A DNA stretch of 49,345 nt from Verrucomicrobiota bacterium (GCA_025360495.1 JANYCC010000163.1:1-49345); one strand, 5' to 3'. Shown: positions 38,086-48,332, counted from the stretch's first letter. Notes: generated by a model not told the origin, from the letters alone. Numbers and translations: made by a program.

Positions 38086-38817
38086 TCACCAATCATTGCC
38101 GCGGCGCCCACTCCCCCGGAGCCGGAGCAGCAATTGCAGCAGCTGGAGCACCGCATTGAGCATGGAGGCCACGTAGGTCAGGGCGGCGGCGCCCAGCACC
38201 TGTTCCACCCCCGCCAATTCCGTGGGGTTCACCAATCCCAAACGGACCAATTCGCGCTTGGCCCGCGAACTGGCATCATATTCGACCGGCAGCGTGATGA
38301 CCTGAAAGAAGACGACGACCGAAAACAACATCACCCCCAGGATCACGAGGGTGTGACCGAAGCCGTTCCGGGACCCGAATCCGCCGAGCAGCGCCCCGGC
38401 AATGATGATCCACCAGGAGGCCTGGCTGGCGAAACCCGTCACCCCCACCAAGGCCATTCGCAGACCGAGCGGCCCATAGGCGGCCTTGTGCTGGATCGCG
38501 TGCCCGACCTCATGCGCGGCCACGCCCATCGCCGCCAGGGAAGTGCCGTCATAAACCGATTCCGACAGGAAGACGGCCCTTTTCGAGGGATCATAATGGT
38601 CGGTCAATTCCCCCTCGACCCGGAACACCTCGTGATTGGCCATGCCATTCCGGTCGAGCAACGTCCGGGCCGTCTCGGCCCCGGTGACACCGCGCGCGCC
38701 CGCCACCCGCGAATTGACGGCGTAGGCGGACGAAAGCCGCATCTGGGCCCAAAGCGCCACCAAGGCTCCGGGGATCGTCACCCAGAAATAGGGATCGATA
38801 TAAAAATAGGCGAGCAT
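38086..38817 (-). CDS. Neutral zinc metallopeptidase (YugP-like)
   Basis: LTDHYDP, AAHEVGHAIQH, TLPVEYDASSRA, AALTYVA. Confidence 0.92.
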   Translation of the reverse strand: MLAYFYIDPYFWVTIPGALVALWAQMRLSSAYAVNSRVAGARGVTGAETARTLLDRNGMANHEVFRVEGELTDHYDPSKRAVFLSESVYDGTSLAAMGVAAHEVGHAIQHKAAYGPLGLRMALVGVTGFASQASWWIIIAGALLGGFGSRNGFGHTLVILGVMLFSVVVFFQVITLPVEYDASSRAKRELVRLGLVNPTELAGVEQVLGAAALTYVASMLNAVLQLLQLLLRLRGSGRRGNDW

Positions 38818-38910
38818 GGTTGGATTCCGTATCTGGGCACCGCACCAGGGTCGATACCCCTGAGACCAAGGGGAAGATACCCAAGGTCTGGCCGCCCGCA
38901 ATCCCCGTCC

Positions 38911-39040
<130 letters not shown>

Positions 39041-39075
39041 GCCCCCCCCTGCCCCCGCCCGCCAAGATGGGCGCG

Positions 39076-39606
39076 ATGGACACCGAAGAAATCTTTGACG
39101 TGGTCGATGCCGAGGATCAGGTGACGGGACAGCAGCCCCGACCCGAGGTGCATCGGCTCGGATTGCGGCACCGGGCCACCCACATACTGATCTTCAATGG
39201 GCGGGGTGAACTTTTTCTCCAACAGCGTTCCCTGGCCAAGGACATGTGGCCCGGCGTCTGGGACTCCTCCGCCTCCGGCCATGTCGATCACGGAGAAGAC
39301 TACGACTGCTGCGCGCTCCGGGAACTGGGCGAGGAACTCGGCCTGCCCCCCGACGCGCGGCCGGTTCGTTGGTTCAAGCTGGCGGCCGCGCCGGCCACCG
39401 GCATGGAGTTTTGCTGGGTTTACCGACTCGATCATGAAGGCCCGTTCCACCTGCAGGAATCCGAGGTGCGGGGTGGTGGCTGGTTTTCCGCCGCCGGCAT
39501 CGAGTCGTGGCTGCAACATCGCCCGGACGACTTTTCCAGTGCCTTCCGGTTGATCTGGAGCGAACTGGCCTCCCGCGGACTGCGCCCCGGGGGATCCGCT
39601 GCTTAG
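39076..39606 (+). CDS. NUDIX hydrolase (IDI-like fold)
   Basis: VHRLGLRHRATH, LQQRS..KD..PG.WD, Nudix box GHVDHGEDYDCCALRELGEELG. Confidence 0.88.
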   Translation: MDTEEIFDVVDAEDQVTGQQPRPEVHRLGLRHRATHILIFNGRGELFLQQRSLAKDMWPGVWDSSASGHVDHGEDYDCCALRELGEELGLPPDARPVRWFKLAAAPATGMEFCWVYRLDHEGPFHLQESEVRGGGWFSAAGIESWLQHRPDDFSSAFRLIWSELASRGLRPGGSAA

Positions 39607-40364
39607 CCGATCACCCGGATGAACCCGTCGGCGTGCAACCGGGCCACCACCGCCAGGTCATCCTCGCGCGCGCATAATTCCACATCCGCCGCCAAGTCCG
39701 GAATCTTCAGCAACCGGCGGCCATTGCGCGCGTGTTCCGCCATTGCCCCCGTCAGATCGACCCCGGCCGCCCGGTACGCATTGCGCGCCAACCGGGCCGA
39801 ATCCAACACTTCCACCCCCGCGAGGATCGGCCACAGTCGATCGACCAACGCCCCGGCCCCGAGAACGTCCTCGTAGGCGGCATCCTCATAGGTCCCGCTG
39901 CACACCACGAGCACTTCGCCGTCGGCATGCCGCGCCACCCAATTCGCGACCGCCCCGACATTTCGCAACGCCGCCGGCAACACCGCCACCGCCGCCGCAC
40001 AGGCCCGCAACGCCCGGGTCCCGTTGGTCGTCGTCGCCACCACCACCCGGCCCCCGACCTGTTCGGCCGTGAATTCACGCGGCGAATTCCCCAGGTCAAA
40101 CTCCACCCCACCCGTCCGATCCGCCCGGATTCTCACCCCGTCCCGTTCCCCGGCGAGCAGGACCGTCGGATCCCGCCGCCGCCACGCCAACGCCTCGGGG
40201 ATGTCCGCCACCGGGACCACCGCCGCCGCCCCATTGGCCAATGCCGTCAGCAGCGTTGTCGTGGCCCGCAGGACATCGAACACCACGCACACCGCCCCGG
40301 AAAGATCCCGACCCGCCAACGCTTGGAAATCGGCCGGCGTGAACAACACTTCAATGGATTTCAT
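39603..40364 (-). CDS. comB: 2-phosphosulfolactate phosphatase family protein
   Basis: VVFDVLRATTT, LAGERDG, FDLGNSPRE, TTTNGT, EDVLGAG. Confidence 0.9.
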   Translation of the reverse strand: MKSIEVLFTPADFQALAGRDLSGAVCVVFDVLRATTTLLTALANGAAAVVPVADIPEALAWRRRDPTVLLAGERDGVRIRADRTGGVEFDLGNSPREFTAEQVGGRVVVATTTNGTRALRACAAAVAVLPAALRNVGAVANWVARHADGEVLVVCSGTYEDAAYEDVLGAGALVDRLWPILAGVEVLDSARLARNAYRAAGVDLTGAMAEHARNGRRLLKIPDLAADVELCAREDDLAVVARLHADGFIRVIG

Positions 40365-41344
40365 GATGCCTGCCGCCGCGCACCCGGACGGACAGGCCGA
40401 TCCTGCACCGTCGCGGGCGCGGTATCCACCCTGCGCTCGCCGCCCGCCGCCCAAGCCCGGCCCAGATGGGTCCGGGCATATTGGAACAGGTATTGTTGGG
40501 CATAACCGCTCCGGGACCCGAAATGGGTCGCACTGAACCGTTGCAACCGGGCCGGCGTCACGCGTCGGGCGCGCGGAAAATAAAATCGCTGCAACGCCTT
40601 CGCGATCCAGACATCGACCGGGAAGGCCCCGGGAAATCCGTAGGCGAAGAGCAGCACGCAATCGGCCACCTTCCGACCCACGCCCGGCAACGCCAGCAGG
40701 GCTTCCCTCGCCGCCGTCTCACTTTGGGTCCGCAATCCCGCCAGGTCGATCGCGCCCGCCGCCACCGCCCGCGCGGTGCCGAGCAGGTAGGGCGCTCGGA
40801 AACCCAGTTTGCATTCTCGCAAGGCACCCTCCCCGGCCGACGCCAACCGTTCGGCCGCCGGGAAAGCCCACGCCGGCGGATGCCCGGGCGGCACCTTCAC
40901 CGGTTCCCCAAAGCGTTCCGCCAGCAACCGGACCATCCCCTGGATCTGCACGACCTGTTTCGACGATGAACAGATGAAGCTGGCCAGGCATTCCCACGGA
41001 TCCTGTCGCAGCAATCGCAATCCCCGGCAGGCCGCCATCGCTGCCCGCATCGGTTCGTCGTCCGGGAAAGTCGCCAACACCGCCGCCAGGTCCTCGTCCA
41101 AGGCGAGGTGATGATCCAGCCATCCCCAGTCGGACCCCTCATGGGTGGTGACGATCCGCCACTGTCGTCCACCGTCCTCGATCCGCACCCACCGTCCCGA
41201 AACAACCCCTTCCCAAGCCTCGTCCACCCGGTGCCAACGGAAGGCCTGGCCGCCCCCCAACGTGGCCGACAGGTCATAATCCCGGATCGGCACTTCGCGT
41301 ACGGACGTCCCCCGTCCGGCCGGGTTCAGCGCAGGTTGCGACAC
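40361..41344 (-). CDS. ogg: 8-oxoguanine DNA glycosylase (HhH-GPD)
   Basis: GQAFRW, LLRQDPWECLASFICSS, LPGVGRKVADCVLLF, FPVDVW, GYAQQYLF. Confidence 0.9.
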   Translation of the reverse strand: MSQPALNPAGRGTSVREVPIRDYDLSATLGGGQAFRWHRVDEAWEGVVSGRWVRIEDGGRQWRIVTTHEGSDWGWLDHHLALDEDLAAVLATFPDDEPMRAAMAACRGLRLLRQDPWECLASFICSSSKQVVQIQGMVRLLAERFGEPVKVPPGHPPAWAFPAAERLASAGEGALRECKLGFRAPYLLGTARAVAAGAIDLAGLRTQSETAAREALLALPGVGRKVADCVLLFAYGFPGAFPVDVWIAKALQRFYFPRARRVTPARLQRFSATHFGSRSGYAQQYLFQYARTHLGRAWAAGGERRVDTAPATVQDRPVRPGARRQAS

Positions 41345-43470
41345 GCGTATAATTGGTATTCGTGGAACAGCCGGCCCCGGTAGTGGACCTCCAACGGGCC
41401 GAGTGGCTCGACGCTTTCGAACTCCTTATACAGGCGCGGGGGCAGGGCCTTGGCCGGATCGTCCGGAGTTTCGCGCACGAACAGCGCGGTCTCCCCCCTG
41501 CGCCCGGAATAGCCCGGCCAGAAGGCGAACTGGCTCTTCGGGACGTCCGTGGTCAATTCATACACCAAGGGCGCCAGCACCGCTCCGGGATGGGCCTCCG
41601 GCAGGTAGAAACTGATCAGTCCCGCACGTCCGTAATGGTCCGCGACTATAAAAACCGGCCGTCCTTCGGCGAGCAACTTCTCGCGCGCCTTCCCGACCCC
41701 GAGCGCGAATTCCCGCAGCCCGCGCAGGCGCTTCAAGGGCTCGTATTGTTCCGGCAGGGGCCATCCCACGAGTTTCTCGACCAGGTTGGTGTCGTGCAAC
41801 AACGCGACGAACGGCAATCCGACGGCCAGGCCCGTGGCCACCCACGGGGCGACCGCGACCCGGGCCTCCCGCACCCGACGGTGCCAGTATAAGGTGGCCA
41901 ACAGCGCCACGGGGATGATCCCGCCGGCCACCCAGTTGGGCTGGACGCGTGACCGGAAGCTATAGGCGAAATAGAACAGCAGGATCGGCGCCCCCAACGC
42001 CCAGAGATAACGTTCCAACACCGGGGCCGGACGCCGCCACACCATCCATCCCGCCACCACCGCCAACCCCACCAGGACGGGGTTGAGCAACAGGGGCACG
42101 ACCAGCAGGAAATCCTGCACATACCGTAGCGTGAACCGATACGGCTCGGAGAGTCCGCCGCGCTCACTGAGGTGCCGCAGGGTGATCCAACCATGTTGCG
42201 AGTTCCACACCAGGACCGGGACAGTCGACAACGCGAGCAGGCCGAGCGCCAGCCAGGGTCCCGGACGCCGCAACTGGCGCCATCCCCCCGGAATCACCGC
42301 CAATGCGAGCAGCATCGTCGCCACCTGGAACGGTGCGAAATACTTGCTGAGGAATCCCCCCGCCCAAGCCACGCCCACCCAAAGCCACCAACCGGTGGAA
42401 TCCTCCGTCACGGCGCGCCAACCCGCGAGCATGCCCACGGTGCAGAAGAAAACGGTCAGCGGGTCGATGGTCATCAGCACCGAACCCGCGGCCAGCAACG
42501 GCACGGCGTTCAGGATCACCAGGAAGAGGAAACCGGTCCGGGCATCCGTCTGACGGGCCACAAAACGGAGCAGCATTCCGCCCATGGCCGCCGCCAGCAG
42601 CGGCGGCAGCAACCGCACCCCCAGTTCCCGGTCGCCGGCGATGTGTGTTCCCAACCACTGCGCATAGGCGATCAACGGAGGTTTGCTATAATAGGAGAGA
42701 TCAAGGTGTTTGGACCACAGCCACTGATAAGCCTCGTCCTCGCTCAGTTCGATCACCCGTCGCCAGATATAGAACCAACGTCCGGCCAGCAGCGCCCCGA
42801 TCAAGACCCAGCCCAGCCGCAGCCAGTGCGACGCCGTGTCACCCACCTCGGCGGTCCCTTCCGTCCGGATCCCTTCCTCCGGCGAGAGCAGCAGCGGAAG
42901 GCGTCTCCACCAGATCGGGAACAACCGCCCGCCGAGAATCCGCCATAGTCCGTCCAGCATGCGCGGCACCAGCGCCCCGTAAGTGACCCCCACGGCCCAA
43001 CCGGCCAGCACATCGGTCGGATAATGCACCCCGAGGTACATCCGGGAAACGCCCACGCCCAGCCCGACCGCCGCCATCGGGACCCAGCGGCGTCGATAAT
43101 ATAAGAAGGTGACGACCGTCACCGCGCCCCAGATCGCCGCGTGTCCCGACGGCATCGAATAAGACATCCCGCGGCCCGCCAGGAGCCGTGTTTCCGGGTG
43201 ATCGGTGAACGGGCGCGGCCGTTGGATCACCTTCTTGAGATTGCCCACGATCAGCGGGTCGCCGATCAGCAGCGTGACGGCCATCACGACCGAGAAGATC
43301 CGTCCCCGGCGTCCACCCCACAGCCACAGGGACAAAACCAACGCCGCCACCACCGGCCACAGCAACCGGTTCCCGCTCAGGAAAGCCATCACCGGGTCGA
43401 GCCACGGGGCCGCGAGATCCTGGTTGAAAAACCGGAATCCGGCCATGTCGCAGCGCTGCAGCCAACTCAT
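41326..43470 (-). CDS. Fusion of PAP2 phosphatase and ArnT/PMT-like (GT-C) glycosyltransferase
   Basis: PAP2 C1 KKVIQRPRP, C2 PSGH, C3 SRMYLGVHYPTD; then EDEAYQWLWS...YYSKPPL, LSKY and many TMs. Confidence 0.9.
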   Translation of the reverse strand: MSWLQRCDMAGFRFFNQDLAAPWLDPVMAFLSGNRLLWPVVAALVLSLWLWGGRRGRIFSVVMAVTLLIGDPLIVGNLKKVIQRPRPFTDHPETRLLAGRGMSYSMPSGHAAIWGAVTVVTFLYYRRRWVPMAAVGLGVGVSRMYLGVHYPTDVLAGWAVGVTYGALVPRMLDGLWRILGGRLFPIWWRRLPLLLSPEEGIRTEGTAEVGDTASHWLRLGWVLIGALLAGRWFYIWRRVIELSEDEAYQWLWSKHLDLSYYSKPPLIAYAQWLGTHIAGDRELGVRLLPPLLAAAMGGMLLRFVARQTDARTGFLFLVILNAVPLLAAGSVLMTIDPLTVFFCTVGMLAGWRAVTEDSTGWWLWVGVAWAGGFLSKYFAPFQVATMLLALAVIPGGWRQLRRPGPWLALGLLALSTVPVLVWNSQHGWITLRHLSERGGLSEPYRFTLRYVQDFLLVVPLLLNPVLVGLAVVAGWMVWRRPAPVLERYLWALGAPILLFYFAYSFRSRVQPNWVAGGIIPVALLATLYWHRRVREARVAVAPWVATGLAVGLPFVALLHDTNLVEKLVGWPLPEQYEPLKRLRGLREFALGVGKAREKLLAEGRPVFIVADHYGRAGLISFYLPEAHPGAVLAPLVYELTTDVPKSQFAFWPGYSGRRGETALFVRETPDDPAKALPPRLYKEFESVEPLGPLEVHYRGRLFHEYQLYACRNLR

Positions 43471-43519
43471 GCGACGAGCCTACCGGGAAAGCCGCCCGGG
43501 ACCAGCACTGCGAGTTCAC

Positions 43520-43661
43520 GGGCCTCCTCTCCCCCACCCTCTCCTCCTTCGTTCCTCAGGAAGAGAGGGAGACCGAGCCGGATCCGAAGCGCATTCCCAT
43601 GCGCTGCCACGGTCCCCCTCGCCCCGCGAGGAACGAGCGGGGAGAGGGTTGGGGAGAGGGG
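43520..43661. repeat. Inverted purine/pyrimidine arms enclosing hairpin E
   Basis: cctctcccccaccctctcctccttcgttcctc pairs with gaggaacgagcggggagagggttggggagagg; AGCGCAT-TCCC-ATGCGCT at 43588-43605. Confidence 0.87.
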
Positions 43662-43663
43662 AA

Positions 43664-44479
43664 TCAATAGGTGCCGCCAGTTGCGTCCGACCCGTGGTTT
43701 CCCGTCCCGTCCAACAACTGACGTGCCCCTTCGGCCATCAGGTTCAGCTCGGTGCCGGTCTGAAAGAACTGGAAACCCTGCGCCAACCCGCGCCGGATGC
43801 CCGCCGACCCGCTCACATAACGGCCGGCCACCTTGCCATGCCGCTGCGCCGCCGCGACCACTTTCCCCATCGCGTCGTCCACCCTCGGATGCTCCATGTC
43901 GCCGCGCAGGCCCATCGAAAATGAAAGATCACTCGGGCCCACAAACAGGACATCCAGTCCCGGCGTCGCGGCGATCTCCTCGATCCGCTCGACCGCCCCC
44001 ACCTCCTCGATCACCGCGATCACCATCACGTTGCGGTCCGCAAAATCGGTGTACCCCTCCGGACTGGGCCACCGGAACGTCGCCAGTCCCGCACCGGAGC
44101 CCCGGCGTCCCGCGGGCGGATATTTGCAGGCGGCGACCGCCTGCCGGGCCAGTTCCGGCGTGCTGGTGAAGGGGAAAATCACGCCCAACACCCCGGCATC
44201 GAGCACCCGTTTCGCCATCCACAATTCATTCACCGGAACCCGGGCGAACGGCATCGCCTTCAATCCCCGCGTCGCCAGGACGATGTTCCTCACCGTCTCC
44301 AGGCTGAGCGGCGAATGTTCCATTTCCAGCCAGAGGAAATCAAAGCCCAGGCCCGCCGCCTGCGCCGCCACCTCGACCCCGTTGGTCGTGATCGTGACCC
44401 CCACCACCGGGTGCCCGGCACGCAACCGGGCCCGGACCGGGTTCTCCCACGGCGGGGTGGATTCTGGATCTTCAGGCAT
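43664..44479 (-). CDS. HpcH/HpaI aldolase family protein
   Basis: GFDFLWLEMEH, KRVLDAG, KYPPAGRRG, DVLFVGPSDLS. Confidence 0.92.
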   Translation of the reverse strand: MPEDPESTPPWENPVRARLRAGHPVVGVTITTNGVEVAAQAAGLGFDFLWLEMEHSPLSLETVRNIVLATRGLKAMPFARVPVNELWMAKRVLDAGVLGVIFPFTSTPELARQAVAACKYPPAGRRGSGAGLATFRWPSPEGYTDFADRNVMVIAVIEEVGAVERIEEIAATPGLDVLFVGPSDLSFSMGLRGDMEHPRVDDAMGKVVAAAQRHGKVAGRYVSGSAGIRRGLAQGFQFFQTGTELNLMAEGARQLLDGTGNHGSDATGGTY

Positions 44480-44506
44480 GGTCTGGAAATCAGTTCGGCG
44501 AACGGT

Positions 44507-47002
44507 TCATTTCCTCATCAGCCAGATTTCCGAAACCTGACAGCCGCGTCCGTTCCCGCCCAACCCCGGTTCGCGACTCCAACTCAACTCCAATCCGCCG
44601 CCGGCCGTCGCCTCCGGCGGCACGTCGAATTCGACCGGACGATACGGCCATTCTTTCTTCAGCAGCGGATGGATCTCATACTTTCCGTTCGCGACCAATC
44701 GGATGGGTCGCTTGGGGCTGTCGCCCACATAGAGAACCCGCACCTTATACCGCGCCTGGGGATCCAGTCCCGCATAACGCACCCGTAACGGTTGGTCGAC
44801 CAGCGATTCCGCATGGTCCAGCCACGACCGCCGCATCGCCGCCTCGGGCTTCTCGTCCGGCTCATCGACCACGTCTCCCTCCTCGAAGCCGACCTTCGAT
44901 GAAACCAGGCTGGCCGGGTCCTGCTCAAACGGCAGTCCCCGCACGAGATGCGGCTGCCGCGCGACATTTCCCAGGTCGTCATAGAATCCGCCCGGCCCGG
45001 GGTTGGTCCAATTCACGATGCGATCGATGGCCTTGAGCCGCTCCGCCTCCGTCGGATTCCGCCGGGCCGATTCGAATTGTTCGCGCAGCCAACGGCGGTT
45101 GTTCAGGGGATAATCAATCGTGTCCAGGCTCGCCCCACGGTCCACGCCGATCGCCTGATAGCGCGGCACACTCAACTGCATCCGGATGCTCTGGAACAGC
45201 GCCTCTCCCAATTCGAACACCCGCGCCCTGAGGTCCGGCGCCACCGGTGCGCCCAACGCCCGGTCCAGGATCGTCTCCGCCTCGTTCAATGCCACCCGCG
45301 ACCCCAACCGCTCCGCCTCGCGCAACCGTTCCATCGCCCGTTCCTCCAGATCGGCCTCATGGATCAACCGGCTCCGGATATAGGCGTCATAATAGGCGCG
45401 GAACAACCCCTGTTGAAACCGCCAGTTCGTCCGGTCCCGCGGGGCGGCGGTGCGCTCCATCTCCCGGAATTGCTGGAGCGTGGTGGCCACCCCCTCGTTG
45501 GCCATCAACGGCCCCCGCCAGTTGCGCTCCAAGGCCAGCAATCCCTGCGCAAAACTGTCGGTGTAACGATCCCCGATGAAATACCGGCTGTAATCGCGCA
45601 GGATCTCGGTGACCGGTGCGTCCGGATTCCAGCCCAGCGCGCTCCAAACCGCCTTGTTCACATCATCGTTGCATCCCTCGGAATAAGTCAGGAACCCGAC
45701 CGTATAAGGCTGCAACAGGCGGAATATCGCCGCCTCATCCAGGGGACGCGGATTGATGCATTCGCGGCCCTCGGTGATCGCGAACGCCGTGTCCCAGTCC
45801 GGCACCGGATACTGGCATTGCCGCGTGTGGGTGATGTCCGGGTAATGCCGGATGGGATATTGTTTGGGGATCGCCGCCCGCAGTTCCGGCAGGCTGATCC
45901 GGACCTGGGGACCGAACACCACGCCGCTCAGCCAGGCCGGTTGATCCTTCGCCAGGATTCCCAGGAATTCGTCCAGCCATTCCCGGTTGAAACTCTGTGG
46001 CGAAACCCACATCTGCGCCTTCGGATGCGTGCGGTGCAAGGACCCGGCCTGTTTCTCCAACAGCGCCATCAGATGCTTCGGGGGCGTGTGTCCCGGATCC
46101 CCGCCGGGGACATAAACCGCGTCGATGCGGGGCAGGCGTCGGAAGACCTCGTCCCATTCCTTCAGGGCGGACGCGACCGTCTTGGGATCGGAATAATCCG
46201 GGTCCATCGCCGGATACCAGATCCAGACGTCCAACCCATAATCATCGGCCAGCTTCGACATGCCCGTCATCATCTGCAGCGGCGGCAGCGGGAAATGCGG
46301 GCTGTCCGCGTCGTCATCCGAGCGTGGCGGGATCAGTTCCACGGCATTCGCCCCGAACACGATCAGGTCGCGGTAATATTGCTCCCAGGTCGCCAGGTCC
46401 CACGCATCATAAGAGTGGGTCTTGGGACGGTACCCGAGTTGGTGCCCCCGCAGTGCGTACTGGGGCGCGGTCGTGAGGTTGAAGTCATCGGGCACCGCAA
46501 TGATCCCCGGGGCCAACCGCAATTGGCGCAGCAGATTCCCGACCCCGAACAACACTCCGCGAGCATCGTTGCCCACGATATAAACCGCAGGCGCGCCCGC
46601 CGCCGGCCGCACCCGGATCCGGAATCCCTCCGGGGCACCCGCCGGCGGGTCCGACAGGATCCCGTCCGGTGCGGGCTCCGATCCCGTCAATGCTTTCAGG
46701 GCCGAAGCCTGTCCCACGGCGATGACTGGTTTCCCGTCGGTGGGCCAGGTGGGCACCACTTCCCAGCGGATATGCGACCGCTTCTCCACCTCTTCCACCA
46801 GCATCGTGACGGCCTTCTGTTCCGGTCGGGACAGATTTGCCGGTGCCACCACGACGCCCCCGGTCAGGTCCAAGGCCAGCGCCCGGACTTCAGCGAGACC
46901 CGCCAGTAGCAGGACCCCGGACATCGCCGCGATCATCGCCCGGAACCGGACCCTTGGCCGTGGGGACGCAGCAAACGAATGAGTATGCCGGGGGAAATCC
47001 AT
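44507..47002 (-). CDS. Large exported protein with GH20/GH67-type N-terminal domain; putative glycoside hydrolase
   Basis: Signal peptide (alternative start 46936); PEGFRIRV...IVGNDARGVLFGVGNLLR; barrel-like core and beta-rich C-terminus. Function is inferred. Confidence 0.65.
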   Translation of the reverse strand: MDFPRHTHSFAASPRPRVRFRAMIAAMSGVLLLAGLAEVRALALDLTGGVVVAPANLSRPEQKAVTMLVEEVEKRSHIRWEVVPTWPTDGKPVIAVGQASALKALTGSEPAPDGILSDPPAGAPEGFRIRVRPAAGAPAVYIVGNDARGVLFGVGNLLRQLRLAPGIIAVPDDFNLTTAPQYALRGHQLGYRPKTHSYDAWDLATWEQYYRDLIVFGANAVELIPPRSDDDADSPHFPLPPLQMMTGMSKLADDYGLDVWIWYPAMDPDYSDPKTVASALKEWDEVFRRLPRIDAVYVPGGDPGHTPPKHLMALLEKQAGSLHRTHPKAQMWVSPQSFNREWLDEFLGILAKDQPAWLSGVVFGPQVRISLPELRAAIPKQYPIRHYPDITHTRQCQYPVPDWDTAFAITEGRECINPRPLDEAAIFRLLQPYTVGFLTYSEGCNDDVNKAVWSALGWNPDAPVTEILRDYSRYFIGDRYTDSFAQGLLALERNWRGPLMANEGVATTLQQFREMERTAAPRDRTNWRFQQGLFRAYYDAYIRSRLIHEADLEERAMERLREAERLGSRVALNEAETILDRALGAPVAPDLRARVFELGEALFQSIRMQLSVPRYQAIGVDRGASLDTIDYPLNNRRWLREQFESARRNPTEAERLKAIDRIVNWTNPGPGGFYDDLGNVARQPHLVRGLPFEQDPASLVSSKVGFEEGDVVDEPDEKPEAAMRRSWLDHAESLVDQPLRVRYAGLDPQARYKVRVLYVGDSPKRPIRLVANGKYEIHPLLKKEWPYRPVEFDVPPEATAGGGLELSWSREPGLGGNGRGCQVSEIWLMRK

Positions 47003-47080
47003 TTGCGATGGAGGTTGGCAATTTGCGGACGAGGAATCACCAACGAACTCCACAACGAACTCCCAACTCCCCGGCCCCAG

Positions 47081-48037
47081 TCATCCCCGGTCTTCGATCG
47101 CCCGGCGCACCCGGTCGGACACCCAACCTTCCGCGTTGATGAAAGAGGCATGGATCGGCAGGCGGGCGCGAAGTTCCAAACCGTGCCCGGCACAGGCTTC
47201 GGAATAGGGATCCGGCACGGTCCAAACCTGGGTGGGATCGGCGCATTCCAGGACCTCACCCAAACTCCCGAGGTCATCGATCAACGGCAAGAGGGCGCTC
47301 CAATGCGGATTGAGATTCGGATCGATCTGGAGGGCCACGCCTGGCGAAGCCCGCCGCCAGTGGGCGATCAGGTCCTCATACTCCTCCAGGCTGGGGGCGT
47401 GGGGTGCCACCCGCAGGGTCGAACCAGGGTTGGGCGCGAAGTTCTGCAGCATGACCGCCTGCAGATGTCCGTGCCGGGCGTGCAATCCGGCCAAGGCGTC
47501 CAGGGAACGTAATCGCGATTCCTGGCTCTCGCCCAACCCGATCAGGATCCCGGTCGTGAACGGAACCCGGGCGGCACCGGCCGCCGCGATGGCCGCCAGG
47601 CGTCCCGCCGCGGTCTTCTCCGGGGCCACGGTGCGATTGAACGAGTCGTCCCCATTCTCCAGCATCAACGTCATCGCGGCATTGACGGGCCGGAGTCGGT
47701 CGAACTGGGCGCGGGTCAGGGCGCCCAGGTTGCTGTGGGGAAGAAAACCCCGTTCCAGTGCGCGTTCACAGGCCCAGCGGGCATAGGCGATGAAATCCGG
47801 GAACCCGCGACGGCGCAGTTCGGAACGCAAATGAGGCAGGGTGTCGGATGCCTCACCGGCCAGGAACTGGATCTCCGACACACCCTGCGCCTGGGCGAGA
47901 TCGAGCAAGCGATGGAACTCGGCGTCAGCGATCAATCCCTGGTGATCCGTGCGAAAACCGCAATAAGTGCAGTGCCAGGGACAGTCCGGGGTGAGCGCCA
48001 CGGTGAACGAGGGCGAATAGGTGACCGTGCGGGGCAT
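47081..48037 (-). CDS. cofG: CofG-like radical SAM protein (FO synthase subunit 1 family)
   Basis: VTYSPS...LTPDCPWHCTYCGF, LPHSNLG, MTLMLE, PFTTGILIGLGES, HGHLQAVMLQNF, LRARLPIH. Confidence 0.75.
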   Translation of the reverse strand: MPRTVTYSPSFTVALTPDCPWHCTYCGFRTDHQGLIADAEFHRLLDLAQAQGVSEIQFLAGEASDTLPHLRSELRRRGFPDFIAYARWACERALERGFLPHSNLGALTRAQFDRLRPVNAAMTLMLENGDDSFNRTVAPEKTAAGRLAAIAAAGAARVPFTTGILIGLGESQESRLRSLDALAGLHARHGHLQAVMLQNFAPNPGSTLRVAPHAPSLEEYEDLIAHWRRASPGVALQIDPNLNPHWSALLPLIDDLGSLGEVLECADPTQVWTVPDPYSEACAGHGLELRARLPIHASFINAEGWVSDRVRRAIEDRG

Positions 48038-48332
48038 GAACGGACAAGCTACCGGCGCCCCGACCCCCGCGGCAATCCGAACCGAACAGGACCGGGCGCG
48101 GATTCTGGCACTGCCCCCATGGACGCCAAGCGCCATCGGGTGCCCGTTCGGCTTCCACACGTTCGGAGCACTTCGGAAGAAAACCTCTTCGGACCCCTGG
48201 CACCCTTTGTTGTTCCAAACTCACGCGCCCCCGATCCGGACCCGGACCAGTGCCGCTCCGAAACCGGACCAACACCGCGTTCATAAGCCTCTTTTCCGGC
48301 CTGTTTCCCGTCACTTTCACCGGAATTGTCCG

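Noticed and set aside
38828-38839. 12-bp match (cgtatctgggca) to the MITE end
   Set aside because: Too short, with no partner arm or TSD; plausible by chance.
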